A stretch of 64,000 nt of DNA, taken from NCBI RefSeq assembly GCF_009914755.1, contig NC_060932.1, one strand, 5' to 3'. Positions 29,892 through 44,960 of the stretch are shown piece after piece (positions within the stretch are counted from its first letter, which is position 1; each line of letters opens with the position of its first letter). The notes under the pieces are model-generated. The model was not told the origin of the DNA. It made no database searches and saw nothing but the letters and a program-made list of their open reading frames with translations. Origin of the DNA: the human T2T-CHM13v2.0 reference genome, Homo sapiens. The position numbers and the translations under genes are program-made.

Positions 29892-30374
29892 ATTAGAAAT
29901 ACAGCATTGACTAAAATAGACATGGCCATTGTGCTTTGAGCAGAAGCTGGAGAGACTTGGAGAGGGCCAGACTAGTGGTAGTAGGCTCTTGTAAGTCAAA
30001 TTAAGAAGCTCTTACTTTAGGGCAATGGGAAGGTGTTAAAGAGTTTAAAAATAGGAATAGGATAATTTTATTTTGCATTATTCTCTGGCCATAATGTGGG
30101 AAATGGCTTCCTAGGAATATGCCTGGAGGTGTGCCTAACAGTTGGGAGGTTGTTGTAGTAGTTCCCAGCTATTAGGTAGTAGTGACTTGGACTAGAAAGG
30201 TGGTAAGGGATTGATGAGAAGTAGATCAATTTATAAAAGACAAAGGAGGAGTAATTGATGAAACTTGATGGTTTATTGAATATGGAAATTGAGGAAAAGG
30301 AAGAAGTCAATGGTGATACTCAAATTTCTGACATACGCATCTATGTTAATGGAGGCCCCATTTTCTAAGGTGGT

Positions 30375-30846
30375 GTGATGCTTTGCTGTTGCTGCTGGAA
30401 CAAAGTACCACAAACTTAGTGACTTAAAACAACACAAATCTCAAGCCTGAAGTGAATCTTAACTGGGCTAAAAGCAAAGTGTGGCAGGGCCATGTGCCTT
30501 TCTGGAGGCTCCAGGGGAAAATCATTGTCTTGCCTTTTCCAGCTTCTAGAGGCAGTGCACATTCCTTGGCTTCTAGCCATCTTCCATCTTCAAACCTGGC
30601 AATGGCCCATTGAGTCTTTCTCATCCTGCATCACTATGACATTAACTAACCTGCTTTTCTCTTTCATTAATAACGGGCCTTGTGATTACATTAGGTCCAC
30701 CCAGATAAGCCTGGATTCTCTCCCCACTGCAAGGTCAGCTGATTAACAATCTTATTTCCATCTATAATCTTAATCCCCCCTTTCCATGTAACATAACATA
30801 ATTGTGGCACTGGGGGATTATTAGAGGGCCATTAATCTCCTCACAG
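30375..30846 (-). mobile_element. MLT1 (C/D-like) MaLR LTR within an L2 remnant
   Basis: aacaaagtaccacaaacttagtgacttaaaacaacacaaat, ctttctggaggctccaggggaaaatc, cttgtgattacattagg. Confidence 0.85.
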
Positions 30847-31385
30847 CAGATAAGAACACGTTTTACAGAGGAAATAAATTTAGTTTTAGAGATGCATTCA
30901 AGTGGGGATGACAAATAAACAGTTGGTTTTTGAGCTTGGGATAAAGATATAGATATGACAAAAGCCTATACATGAAAATTGAAGCCATAGAATGAATGTT
31001 TGTTTCTTAGGTGGGGAGGGAATACGTGAAATGACAAGAAGGCCCGGGCCAGTGTCCTTAGGGTTTGGGTAAAGTTGCAGGTAGTGAGATTGAGAAGGAG
31101 CCACTGGAGGGTAGGAGGAAATCTAGAGGAATTTGATTTTAAGGAGGTTGGTAATGACCTTTATAGACTATTGTGTGTTTGGTCTGAAAGGATACTTAAA
31201 TCTTTTTAAGCCTATTGCTATTACAGATCAGGAAATTGAGGCCCAGAGAGATGAAGTCACTTGTCTAAGATTGTATAACTAGTTAATAGAAGTGCTTCTT
31301 CATTCCTACTTAGTTTATTTGCCACCCTGCAACCCAGGTCCATTAAATCTTTTCATTTTGAAGATAGTGTTAGGAAAAGATTTGG

Positions 31386-31388
<3 letters not shown>

Positions 31389-31417
<29 letters not shown>

Positions 31418-31424
31418 CTGTGTG
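31389..31424. repeat. (TG)n microsatellite
   Basis: Interrupted TG run. Confidence 0.95.
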
Positions 31425-31629
31425 TTTCATTGATATTCTGAATACTGAGAGCAAATTGCTGGAATGATGTCTGACTGGTGCCTTATTTACATGCAAGTTA
31501 AAAATTGTTTATACTAAATAATAGAATTAATAATTACTTTTTAAATCATGTAAACTTTTTTAAATGCAACTTCATCTCTTTTTGCAGTTTCTTTCACCTC
31601 ATTTTGCAATCTCTCTCTATCCTTTTTAT

Positions 31630-33075
31630 TTTTTCAATAAGTTTTTTATTTTGGAATGATGTTAGATTTACCAAAGTTGTAGATAGTGGAGTTCCCATAT
31701 ACCCATACCCTCACACAGTTCCCTCAGTTGTTAAGAAGATCTTATACTACCATGGTACATTTGTCAAAACTAAGGAACAACTCTGGTACATTCCTGTTGA
31801 CTAAACTAAATAGTAAGCTCCAGACTTTATTTGGATTTCACTGATATCCTTTTAAAGAACGTTGTCTGGGATCCAATCCAGGATATCACATTGCATTTAA
31901 TCATCATCTTCGTAGACGCTTCTTAGTTGGTTTCGCTTTTTTTTTTCTTGTAATCCTGACAGTTTTGAGGAATCCTGCTTAGGTGTTTTGTAGAATGTCT
32001 CTCAGCTGGAGTTTGTCTGATGTCTTATTATGATTAGATTTGCGTTACAGGTTTTTGGGAAGAAGAGCACAGAGGTCAAGGGCCCTTCTCATCACGTCAT
32101 ATCAAAGCTAGTGCAAGTCATCAACATGACCAGTAATGTCAACCTTGATCACCTGGCCCTAGTAGTGTTTGTCAAGTTTCTTTACTGGAAAGGTACTTTT
32201 TTCTTTCTTTTCCCTCTACATACTGTTTTTTGGAAGCAAGTAGCTCGCTGTATCCACACTCAAGGGGACATAATTAAACTCTACCTCCTGGAGGAGTAAT
32301 TATCTACATAAATTATTTGAAATTCTGTAAAGAGTTTTGTTTTCTCTGCTTCTGCCCCTGCCTTAGGATCAGCTATTTTTCCAAGGGCCCTGGTTCTTTT
32401 TGATTGGAAAGTGGTATTGAGAAACCAAGATCTGGGCTCCAGATGTGCTTGCTGCTACCAGAAAGTGACTGCCTCTAAGCCCTTTCAGCAGACAGAGCTA
32501 GGAAATATGTGTATGTAGGCTAATGTATGTGTACATACATACCTGTCACTTGTATGTGTATTCATCTGTATCTATATTAAGGGGAACATGTGTTCACACC
32601 ATTATCTTCAACGCTAATCTAGTGCTGCGTGGTTAAATTCTTTTCTTTTTCCCTGCTGATTTGTAATTTCCCTCACCAACATTAAGAAACTGGACTCCCA
32701 CCGTCCACTGTACATTTGCTTCTGTGTGTGCCTCCAGTATACATGTAAAGCATTTTCAGAATTATTAGCCTGTGCTTCTGTGACAAACAAGTTCATCAGC
32801 TAGCTTAGGGTTTACGGACAGTTCTTTTGCCTTTAGTGTTATGGTTTTCAGTCAGAACACCATTTCCAAGGTTACTTAGGTCATTTCCCTTTGTTCTCCA
32901 CTTCCTTCAGTGACATTTGTCATGCATTTGCAATACAGTTACATTGTTGTCATAGTCTGGATTCTATTACAGGATCCCCTCATTCCTGATTGTTGGCATT
33001 GTGGTAGTTTATTATTATTATTTTTGGATACATTATAATTCTTTGTGAGTGAAATTTACATGGGTCTTGACATAC
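31630..33075 (-). mobile_element. L1MC-like 3' region
   Basis: ttttattttggaa...ttagattta, gggatccaatccaggatatcacattgcattta, gaaaccaagatctgggc. Confidence 0.75.
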
Positions 33076-33519
33076 TGCAATCTCTTTTTGAAAATATATA
33101 CGTACTTGGAAAATATACGCACTGAAGACATACTAGAATGTTTGCTGGCAGCAGTGTTAAGGCTAAGACCAGAGCAGTGAATGAAGCTGCAGTCAGATTT
33201 ATAGGTCAGCAATCAGGGTTAAAGATGTTCTGCTTTCCGAAGTCAGAATTCACTCATATATAACAAAACTTCAGTAGGCAAGAGCCTACAGATGCTTGGG
33301 TTTAGAGAATGAGGCAGATCTCAAATATAAGGCCAAGAATTGAGTTACATCATTACATCAGGATATAGATATTGGAACTTACGCACACCTTGCCCAGCCA
33401 ACAGGTGCAACACCATGGTAGCTTTTCATTGAGTTCTAACGTGGAAAAAAAAAATGCTTGGAGATTGTAAGTACTTGAGAGGAGAGATTATGTCTCTTTG
33501 AAACCCCTACAGAAATGTT

Positions 33520-33660
33520 TCTTAAACTGCAGTCTTAGAGGCACCTGGGATGTATATTTTAAAAATGCAAAATTGGAGCTTCTGAAAGCAGAGCCCAGAA
33601 ATCTGCATTTTAAACAAGCATCCCAAGTAATTCTGATACATCCTGAAGTTTGAGAGCCCT
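33520..33660. mobile_element. MER5B-like
   Basis: gcccagaaatctgcattttaaacaagcatccc...gaagtttgagagcc. Confidence 0.75.
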
Positions 33661-33924
33661 ATCCCCTCACTTTGAATGGTGAGGTGCCTTGCACAAGTAG
33701 GTGCACCCTGTGTGTTTACTAACTTGAATTGCAGGTAAGTAAAAGTTCTTAAGTTCCAGAATTCAAATCTGGGCAGCCTGTCTCCAGAGTCTATGTTAAC
33801 AACATTGTAAAAGCTTTGCTTTGGGGGATTCATGTCATGCATCCCTAGAGTTTCTCAGGTAAATTAAGCCAAGAAATAATTGCCATTTTGGTGTTTCAGC
33901 AACTAAAAATATATGTGTATTCAT

Positions 33925-34634
33925 ATTCTTCTTCTTCTTATGGGGAGTTGGTGGGTACAGGATCTTGCTCTGTTGCCCAGGCTGGAGTACAGTGGCACAA
34001 TCATAGCTCACTGTAAACTGCAACTCCTGGGCTCAAGCCATTCTTCCACCTCAGCTTCCTGAGTAGCTGGGACTACAAGCGTACACCATTGCACCTGGAT
34101 AATTTTTCAAAAAATGTTTTGTACAGACAGGGTCTCACTATGTTGGCCAGGCTTAGGCAATTCTCCCACTTCTTTGGCCTCCCAAAGTGTTGGGATTACA
34201 GGCATGAGCCTCTGTGCCTGACCTGTTCATATTCTTCTGTGTTCAGCTCTCTAGGAAGCAGTGTGATAGCAGTGTTCTTGAATCCTAAGGAGAGGCATGT
34301 ATCTTAAGACAATTTTTAAATTAAAAAAAAATTTTGGTTTTTTTTTTTGAGACAGGATCTCATTCTGTTGCCCAGGCTGGAGTACACTAGTGCAGTCTCA
34401 GCTCACTGCAACCTCCACCTCCTCAGGCTTAAGCAATCCTCCCACCTCAGCCTCCCAAGTAGCTGGGACTACAGATACACGCTACCACACTCGGGTCATT
34501 CTTTGTATTTTTAGTAGAGATGGGGTTTTGCCATGTGGCCCAGGCTAGTCTTGAACTGCTGACCTCAAGTGATCCACCCATCTCAGCCTCCCAAAGTGCT
34601 GGGATTATAGGTGTGAGCCACCCACACCCAGCCC
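33925..34634 (-). mobile_element. Two antisense AluJ elements (about 33925-34223 and 34332-34634)
   Basis: caatcatagctcactg and aagcaatcctcccacctcagc J-type diagnostics. Confidence 0.9.
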
Positions 34635-35295
34635 AATTTTTAAATTGTTAAAAATGGATACAATACTTAAGAAATAATTTGGCAATGTCATATGAATGTA
34701 AAAGTACAGTAACATAGAACATGAGATAAGACTAGATTTATAGACCCTTAGGCCTGAAATGCACTTTACAGGTCATCTCATCTAACTCTCTCTTAAAAGT
34801 AAGGAAACTGAGCACCAGTAAGATTAAGTTATTAACTCAAAGTCTCAGAGAAAATTGACAGTTGCAGATATCCTGATTCAATCCAATATAATTTCCACTT
34901 TCATTCTGCTTCTATCTTCAGTGTCTCTATGAAATGATTAAAAAATTTATTAATTAGATTTTAAAAATCCATTTTAAATTAAAAACTGCAGATATCCACT
35001 AGAGGATGATAATTTGTAGCTGAAATTAGAAGCAAATCTAGTAAATTTAGAAGGAATATTCAGTGCAGTTGCAAAAAATAGATGTGAGTAAATGACTAGG
35101 ATATTTAAGTAGAAAAGTTTGTTTTAAAACAAACATTTTTATGGAATGCTTTATTTTGGGATCTTACATCCAGTTTTGGTTTTCTAGCTTAATGAAAGAC
35201 TGAAATAATCCAGGGGTGTAAAATGGGAAAACAGCTGGTTGAGTTCTACATTTGTTGAAAACATTGATTTGAAGTAATAGTTTGTCTTTAAATTC

Positions 35296-35646
<351 letters not shown>

Positions 35647-35717
35647 TTCTGTGAAATCAGAAAGAGTCTCAGAGAAAACGCCGTTTATGATTTTTAACTT
35701 TGTATCATACATTAGAA

Positions 35718-35910
35718 CCGTGGATCTCAAATTTTATCACTAATCAGAATCACTTGGAGGACTTGTTAAACTGCAGATTGCTGGGCTCCAACCCCCAAGG
35801 CTTCAGATTCAGGCCTCTGGGGCAGGACTCGAGAATTTGCATTTCTAACAAGTTCCCAGTTGATGGTGATGGTGCTGTTAGTCCAGCCCAACCACACTTT
35901 GAGAATGACT
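35718..35910. mobile_element. MER5A
   Basis: atcagaatcacttggaggacttgttaaa...gagaatttgcatttctaacaagttcccag...accacactttgagaa. Confidence 0.88.
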
Positions 35911-36244
35911 AGATTAGAGAAAGCAAATTATAGTACAAAGCAATCATATTCTGGTGAGGGGATTATACATTAAAAGCTGGTTTCTTTCATATTTGTTATG
36001 TAAAAAATCTGTATTGATGAATGTTTTCATACTTAACAGAAAAACTGTAACGAGGACACCCAGACATTATGTTATGAAGACTTCTGAGTCATTATGATGA
36101 GATTTCATTATATTAAATGTGGTTTAAATTATATAGTTAAATGTACTTTTTTAGTAATAGAGTTACTATTAGAAGTGGAAGTATTATGGCAAGTCTGAAA
36201 ATATGGGATCTATGTGTGGAGTATATTAAGGGAACTCTATAGTC

Positions 36245-38010
<1,766 letters not shown>

Positions 38011-39559
38011 GAAGTATTATGGCAGGTTTTTGATAAACAGGAGAGTAACACCAGACTTGTACTTGAGAAAGAGAATTGGCAACATCATGGAAGAACTATT
38101 AGAGGGAAAAGAAAAGAGATTGGAAAAGGAAATGACGAAGGAAACAAATCAATAATCTGAGGAAGAAACAAAGATTGAAATTAAGGCAGCTATAGTTGGA
38201 AAGGAAATACTAGCTGACTTTAGCAGGCAGAATAGATAGACATTTGTGACTAGTTAGATGTGGACAGTAAGAGTGAGGAGTCTAAGATGACTTTATGTTT
38301 TAGGTCTTGCATATAGTTTGGTTCTGTTTGGTTGCAGAGACTAGGTGCCTGCATGTGGGATGTGATTGATTAGAACCTCCCATTTTATAAATAGTACTGT
38401 GGTGTTATAATTGATACCCTGGAGTTCAGAACCAGTTACTCAGTGAATATTAATAGTTCTTTATTTCTTAGTTTGCAGTTCATTATAATTGTCATCCAAA
38501 CACAGATACACTAGTGGGTGCTTATTCCCATTATAGAAGTAGTTTACTTCACTCAACAAAGAGTTTTTTTGAGGCTTCTGGTAGGTTTAGGTGTTTATGA
38601 ATTATTACTATTTTTCAATAGGAAGCTTTTAAAGATGGAAAAACAATCTTGGAAGTCACTGATGATTTCAGTCAATTAAATTGAAAATAAAACATCTTTA
38701 AAATGTCAATATAAGTAAGGAAAAAATAAAAATTACCTTCTAAAATGTGAGACATCTTTTCAGAAACTTGCAGTGTGTGGAGGTGTAAATATAAGGAGAA
38801 ATGCAAATTGAATGGGATAAGTATAATGATATTTGTAGTTAATTATGATAACTTATTTTTTGGTGGTGTCAGTGATTTAAATTTTAAAGGATTGATTTGC
38901 TATTATTTTCGTGAAATCAAAATTTTTTTTTTACTTTCCAACAATAATCATAGAAATTATTCTCCGACAGATAGGAATATGAAATGAAGTTGTTCCCTCC
39001 TTTTGTGATCGTGACACTTCTACTCTTTCCTGAAAGAAATGTTTCTCCCCACAAACTACTTCTTATTTAGATGGACATTTGAGAGTTAGGTAAATAACAG
39101 AGATTACAGCCTGTCATCATGGATCTTATAATCTAATCAACTTCTTGTCAGATATCTTGGAATCTTAATGCTTATAGGGCTGATTTGTTTAATTAAACTG
39201 TTCCTTCATTAACTTTCTGTTTTAAAGGAGGCTGACCCTATTCGTATCTTTTTCTTGGTATAAATGTGTTTAAAATAAGTGTAGAGATATGCTAATCTAA
39301 GGCAGTTGCTATCCACATGCAAGCTAAAGGTAATTAACCTTTTTTGAGTGGCTATCTCATTTATGAACTTACTTGATATTTTTGTTCTTGATCCCCCTAA
39401 TTCTCTCCTGCTCCTTTTTTTACTGGTGTGGTTTCTCTGGCACAGTAGGCATGTTTTCTGATCTAACATGCATAAATCTTAAGAGCGAATTTGACAAAGT
39501 CTTATGACATAGAAATGTTTATGCCCAAAGGGTGGTGATTATTGAGGTAGTTAGGCGAA

Positions 39560-39795
39560 TGGACTCTGTTATTTAATAGGTCCTGATTTAAGTCCTGCTT
39601 CTGCAGCTTATTACTATATGACTTTAGTTCAAGGTACTTAACCTCTCTGAGCCTGTATTTTCTTTCATAAGATGGTAATAATGATAATGTCTTCTTCACA
39701 GAGCTGTTGTAGTAAGGATTAAATGAGATGATGCATGTAAATTGCTTAGCATAATGTCTGGCACATAGTATGTGCTCAATAGATGTTTGCTGTTT
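39560..39795. mobile_element. MIR
   Basis: tacttaacctctctgagcctg...aggattaaatgagatgatgcatgtaaa...tggcacatagta. Confidence 0.8.
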
Positions 39796-40065
39796 ATTTA
39801 ACTTCCTGATAGAAAACCAAGAAAATTTATGTCAAATTTATGTGTCACAGAAAATCAGGGAGACTAGCTGATGAATTAGATAAGATTGAAATTCAGAAAG
39901 ACTTTCTTTTTACCTCCTGAATGAAATAAAATGTCAGGTTTCAAATTCATGAAATCTGATAGTCTTAAGTTTTGCATTTTAGATTGTAAAAGTCAGCAGT
40001 ACTAATATAGGAAGGGAGAGATCTGGCTTAATAGTACTTTTTGTTGAGTTTTTTCTTTTTAAATT

Positions 40066-40364
40066 TATTTTCTCTTTTAGAGACCTGGTCAATCTCTGTC
40101 ACTCAGGATGGAGTGCAGTGGTATGATCATAGCTGACTGCAGCCTTGAATTCCTGGTTTCAAGTGATCCTCCCACCTCGGTCTCCTGAGTAGCTGGGACT
40201 TTACAGGTGCATGCTACTGTGCCTGGCTGATTTTTTTATTTTTAGTAGAGGTGGGGTCATGCTTTGTTGCCCAGGCTGGTCTCGAACTTCTGGCCTGAAG
40301 TGATCCTCCTGCCTTGGCTTCTCAAAGTGCTGGGATTAAAGATGTGAGCCACTGTGCCTGGCTG
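40066..40364 (-). mobile_element. AluJ
   Basis: gatcatagctgactgcagccttgaattcctg. Confidence 0.9.
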
Positions 40365-41243
40365 GTTTTTTTGTTGTTTTTTTAATTGACAAGACCAGCG
40401 TGTGATCAGGTAGTACAAATGTAATAGTAGTATTATCATAGTCTTCGTTGTTTAACTTATGGCTGTAATTATTGCTTTTTATTCTGAAGTTCATCTTTAA
40501 AGTGACAAATGAAGCATGTTTAAGTAAGGCAGGTCAACTCGGTCAAAGGAATTTGATGATTGTTATTTATCCTGGGAAGCAAAGATTCGCAGGGTAGGAG
40601 ATATTTAGTGGCTACCTTCAGATCTTTGAAGCACTGGAATCTGGAAGAGACTTGAGACTTTCTGTTTGACCCAGGAGGTAGCTTTTCTGTAGCTCTGGAG
40701 TAGAGGACCAGAATTTACAGCCTGCTTCTGATATTGAGGTGGAAGTAGTTAACCTCTCTGAGCCTCAATTTCCTCAACCATATGAAGCAGAAAGTAAAAT
40801 TACTCTATGCAGAAGTTATGTGGTGTAAATAAGTTAATGTGTGTGAATGAGCAATTTGGATTTATTGTTGTCATTGCCTGGCAGTGTTCTAGGGAGGCGC
40901 TGAATCAGCTCTGTCTTTGGAAGGACTCTAATAAATGGAACTGTTCAGCGGTGGAACAAGCTTTGCCATCACACTAAGAGCCAAACAAATTCCAGATAGT
41001 TATATCAGGGCTTTTTAGGAAATTTTACATGGAGTAGAAGTTTGTAAAAGCTCTTTGAGAGAAGATACAGTGTTTGCCTTATTCACCACTGTGTCCAGGG
41101 TACCCTGTACAGTGCTAGGCACATGGTCTGCTCAGTAAATATTTGTTGAATGAGTGAATGGAAGTTCCTCCACTAACACTCATATTCTAATCTTTGTTTA
41201 GCATCACTCTTTTTTTGTTTTTAATATAGTATGTGTTGTCTTC

Positions 41244-41606
41244 TGTATTAGTCTGTTCTCACACTGCTAATAAAGACATACCGGAGACTGGTAATTTATA
41301 AAGGAAAGAGGTTTAATTGACTCACAGTTCCACATGGCTGGGGAGGCCTCACAATCATGGCAGAAGGCAAAGGAGTAGCAGAGTCATGTCTTGCATGGTG
41401 TCAGGTAAGAGAACCTGTGCAGGGCAACTCTCCTTTATAAAATCATCAGATCTCATGAGATTTATTCACTATCACAAGAACAGCACAGGAAAGACCTGCC
41501 CCCAGGATTCAATTACCTCCCACTGGGTCTTTCACATGATACATGGGAATTGTGGGAGCTAAAATTCAAGATGAGATTTGGGTGAGGACACAGCCAAACT
41601 ATATCA
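41244..41606 (-). mobile_element. THE1 (C-like) solo LTR
   Basis: tgtattagtctgttctcacactgctaataaagacatacc ... gacacagccaaactatatca, with a perfect 5-bp TSD tcttc (41239-41243 and 41607-41611). Confidence 0.93.
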
Positions 41607-42218
41607 TCTTCCCACATATATTTGTTTGCCCTTATGTTGTCATTTTATAGTGGAAATTTTGTCATTAAACTGAACCAGACATTCACTTTTCCTTCTGTTC
41701 ACCTACACTTACTGAAAAGTAGAGCACAGAGATACAATTTTCATCGTGAAACTTCCTGGGAGTAGTTTCTCCTCAGGTGTAGATGTTTTTAATTTATTTC
41801 TGCTGTTTCTATAAGTATTTGAATTTCTGTAGTCCTTTTTAAAAGGGATGCCTTACACATGGAATATTTGCATGGGATTACTGTCCCAAGAACCTCACAG
41901 CAATGGTTGCCTCTAAGGAGAGCATTTGGGAATTGGAGATACCACATGATTGTACTGTTAGAATTTTTCAGCCGTATGCTTGATTACTTTTTTAGTCATA
42001 TGCTTTATTAATTTTAAAAACATTTTTTAAGTAGTTGGGGAAACCCCATGATTCAGTAGATACTAGCTTAAGTGAAGAAGAAGATTTGTATTGGGAATAT
42101 TGCAAAGTACAGTTAATACAGCAAAATACCCCCATTTGTTAAGAGTCTCCTGTGTTGGAGGCCTTATGTTGAGTGCTTTACCTACATTCTCATTTAATTT
42201 TTTCAATAATCATATAAA

Positions 42219-42497
42219 GGCCAGGCACAGTGGCTCACGCCTGTAATCCCAGCACTTTGGGAGGCCAAGGCGGGAGAATTACTTGAGGTCAGGAGTTTGA
42301 GACCAGCCTGGCCAACATGGTGAAACCCCATCTCTACTGAAAATACAAAAATTAGCTGGGCGTGGTAGTGGGTGCCTGTAATCCCAGCTACTCAGGAGGC
42401 TGAGGTTCAATCGCATGAAGAGGTTGCAGTGAGCCGAGATCATGCCACTGCACTCCAGCCTGGGTGATGGAGTGAGACTCCATCTCAAAAAAAAAAA
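42219..42497 (+). mobile_element. AluS with an altered right arm
   Basis: Dimer in which the caggagaatcgcttgaacccgggaggc segment is replaced by ttcaatcgcatga. Confidence 0.92.
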
Positions 42498-44448
42498 CAT
42501 ATGAGATTTAAGCCTCACTTTCTTTTGTCTTGGCTGCCACAAATTCATGCAAGAGCTTTGGTATTTGGTCAAAGCCAGACTCTGTTTCTTAAGCCTCTTG
42601 GGTTTCCAAGTCATGCAACTGTAGGTAAGACTTGAGCACAGCCAAAGACTTGAAGACCAGAGAGAAGTGGCAGTTGTTGAAAATATGTTGCCTGGGAAAT
42701 GCTCTTGTGGCCTTAAATTCACAGTTTCTTTTCAGTCTACCAGAGATTAGATAGAATTGGACAAGAAAGATGTGGAAAAAAGATAAGTCAAATGAAAGAC
42801 ACCTGGCCGTGAAGATTTGGAGGCTTTAGGTAGCCAAAGGGGGTCTGCGGATATGCTTTAAAATGACAGATTCCCATAGCCTGAGTTTCCATAGTGTTTT
42901 TGATGGCTGGCAAAGATTGATTTCTATGATTTTTATTAATTGAATTCATATACTTTATTTCAAACAGTATTTTGAATTATACCACTATCACAGTCATTTA
43001 TAGATATTAACATACATTCTAAGGATATATCTGTCTATATAATCAAAGATGTCGTGGTCTCCATCACTCTGAGGTAGAGCAATTTATTTAAGTCAATCAG
43101 TCTCTCTTTCATTTTCTCTCCTAAAAGAAGGTAATGTTTAGGAGAATTCCTTTAGTACAGAACAGATTATTCATTACTCCCTGACTTTTGCATGAAGGGT
43201 ATATTATTGATTTCTGTGTAATAGTCCAGACACTGGCATGTGCCTTCCATGCTGACTTTGTCAGTCTTGAGGTCAGTCATAACTCCATCATTTATTAACT
43301 ATGTCATCTGGGGCAAATGATTTAGTGTCTGTGAGCATCTGTTTCCTTATCTCTACAATATGTTTAATAACACTGAATTCATGTTGTTGTAACAAAGAAC
43401 TGGATAAGGTAATAGGTGCAGGGTGCCTGGCACAGACTCAGTGCTCCGTGAAGATTTGTTCTGTTTTAAAAATCTATGTCCTTCTCCTCTCTTCATTCCC
43501 AAGTGTTTTTGTTTGACCATTTTAACTCTAATGTAGTCTCTGTGGAGAGGAGTGAGGCATTTGTTTAGCCTCTACCCCAGTCCGGTGAACATCTGATGAA
43601 CACTTACTCATCCTTCAAGACACAGTTCAAGTTTGCCCTCACCAGCTAAACCTGTTCTTTCTATAGGCAGTGTTAGCTGCCCGTTCTTCTTGCTTTGAAA
43701 CATTTTTCCCCTCTGCCTAACATGTGGTGAGTGCTCAATAAGCATTTGCCGGGCAAATGAGTTTCTGAACTTGGGGGAGGGGTATGGTGTTTACAGTGCT
43801 TCTTATGGAGCATTATTGCAGTCTTGTGAGTTCAGTTTCACGCTTTAGAAGTTAGTAAAAAACAACCTAGAGAGCTAAGAGAGCTAGGAAGATGATTTTC
43901 ACTTGCTACCTTTTGGTTCCAAAGGCAAAGTGCTTTCAGTATTTAGACTAATTACACTTGCAGAATAGTTATCTATTCTGTAATAATGATAATGACAAAT
44001 ATTTTGTTAGTGCTTACTGTGAGCCAGGCCCTGTGCAGATCATTTTACCTACATTATCTCATTTAGTCCTCATATCAGCTTTCTGAAGTAGTTACTGTTA
44101 TTGTACCCATTATATATAAAAGGAAATTGAGACTCTAGTAAAATGACTTACCAAAAACTACATAGCTAGCATGTAATTTCATAAAGCCTAGATTTGAATG
44201 AAGTCTAATTCCAGAGCTAGCTTTTTTGATTACTGTATTACATCGTCTCTCTTCTGTGTCACGATGATGAGGGAATTGTGTTGGCGGGTAAACTAAACAT
44301 GACTATAAAGGTGACTACTTCTTGAGGATTTCTCCCATATTCACTGTGTTTGTAAAGAACCCCTGACACTTACTAGCTTGTATCATGTACTGCTGACACT
44401 CTTCACTATGATTTCTAGTGGGCGGCAGTTATAAAATGTGTATTCAGT

Positions 44449-44752
<304 letters not shown>

Positions 44753-44933
44753 TAATTTTGCCACACTAATATCTATGTGGAGGAATAATTACAAGTTCAA
44801 AGTGCAGTGTAGGGAGAAGTAACCAAGTTTCTATTAAATATTGCTCAAGGAGTGAGTAAGTCATTAAATTCAACTCCTGATAAATATGTGATTACTTAAC
44901 ATTAGGCTCCCAGGACACCCCCAGTGTGGGTGC

Positions 44934-44960
44934 ACGCACACACACACACACACACACACA
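44934..44960. repeat. (CA)n microsatellite
   Basis: About 12 CA units. Confidence 0.93.
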
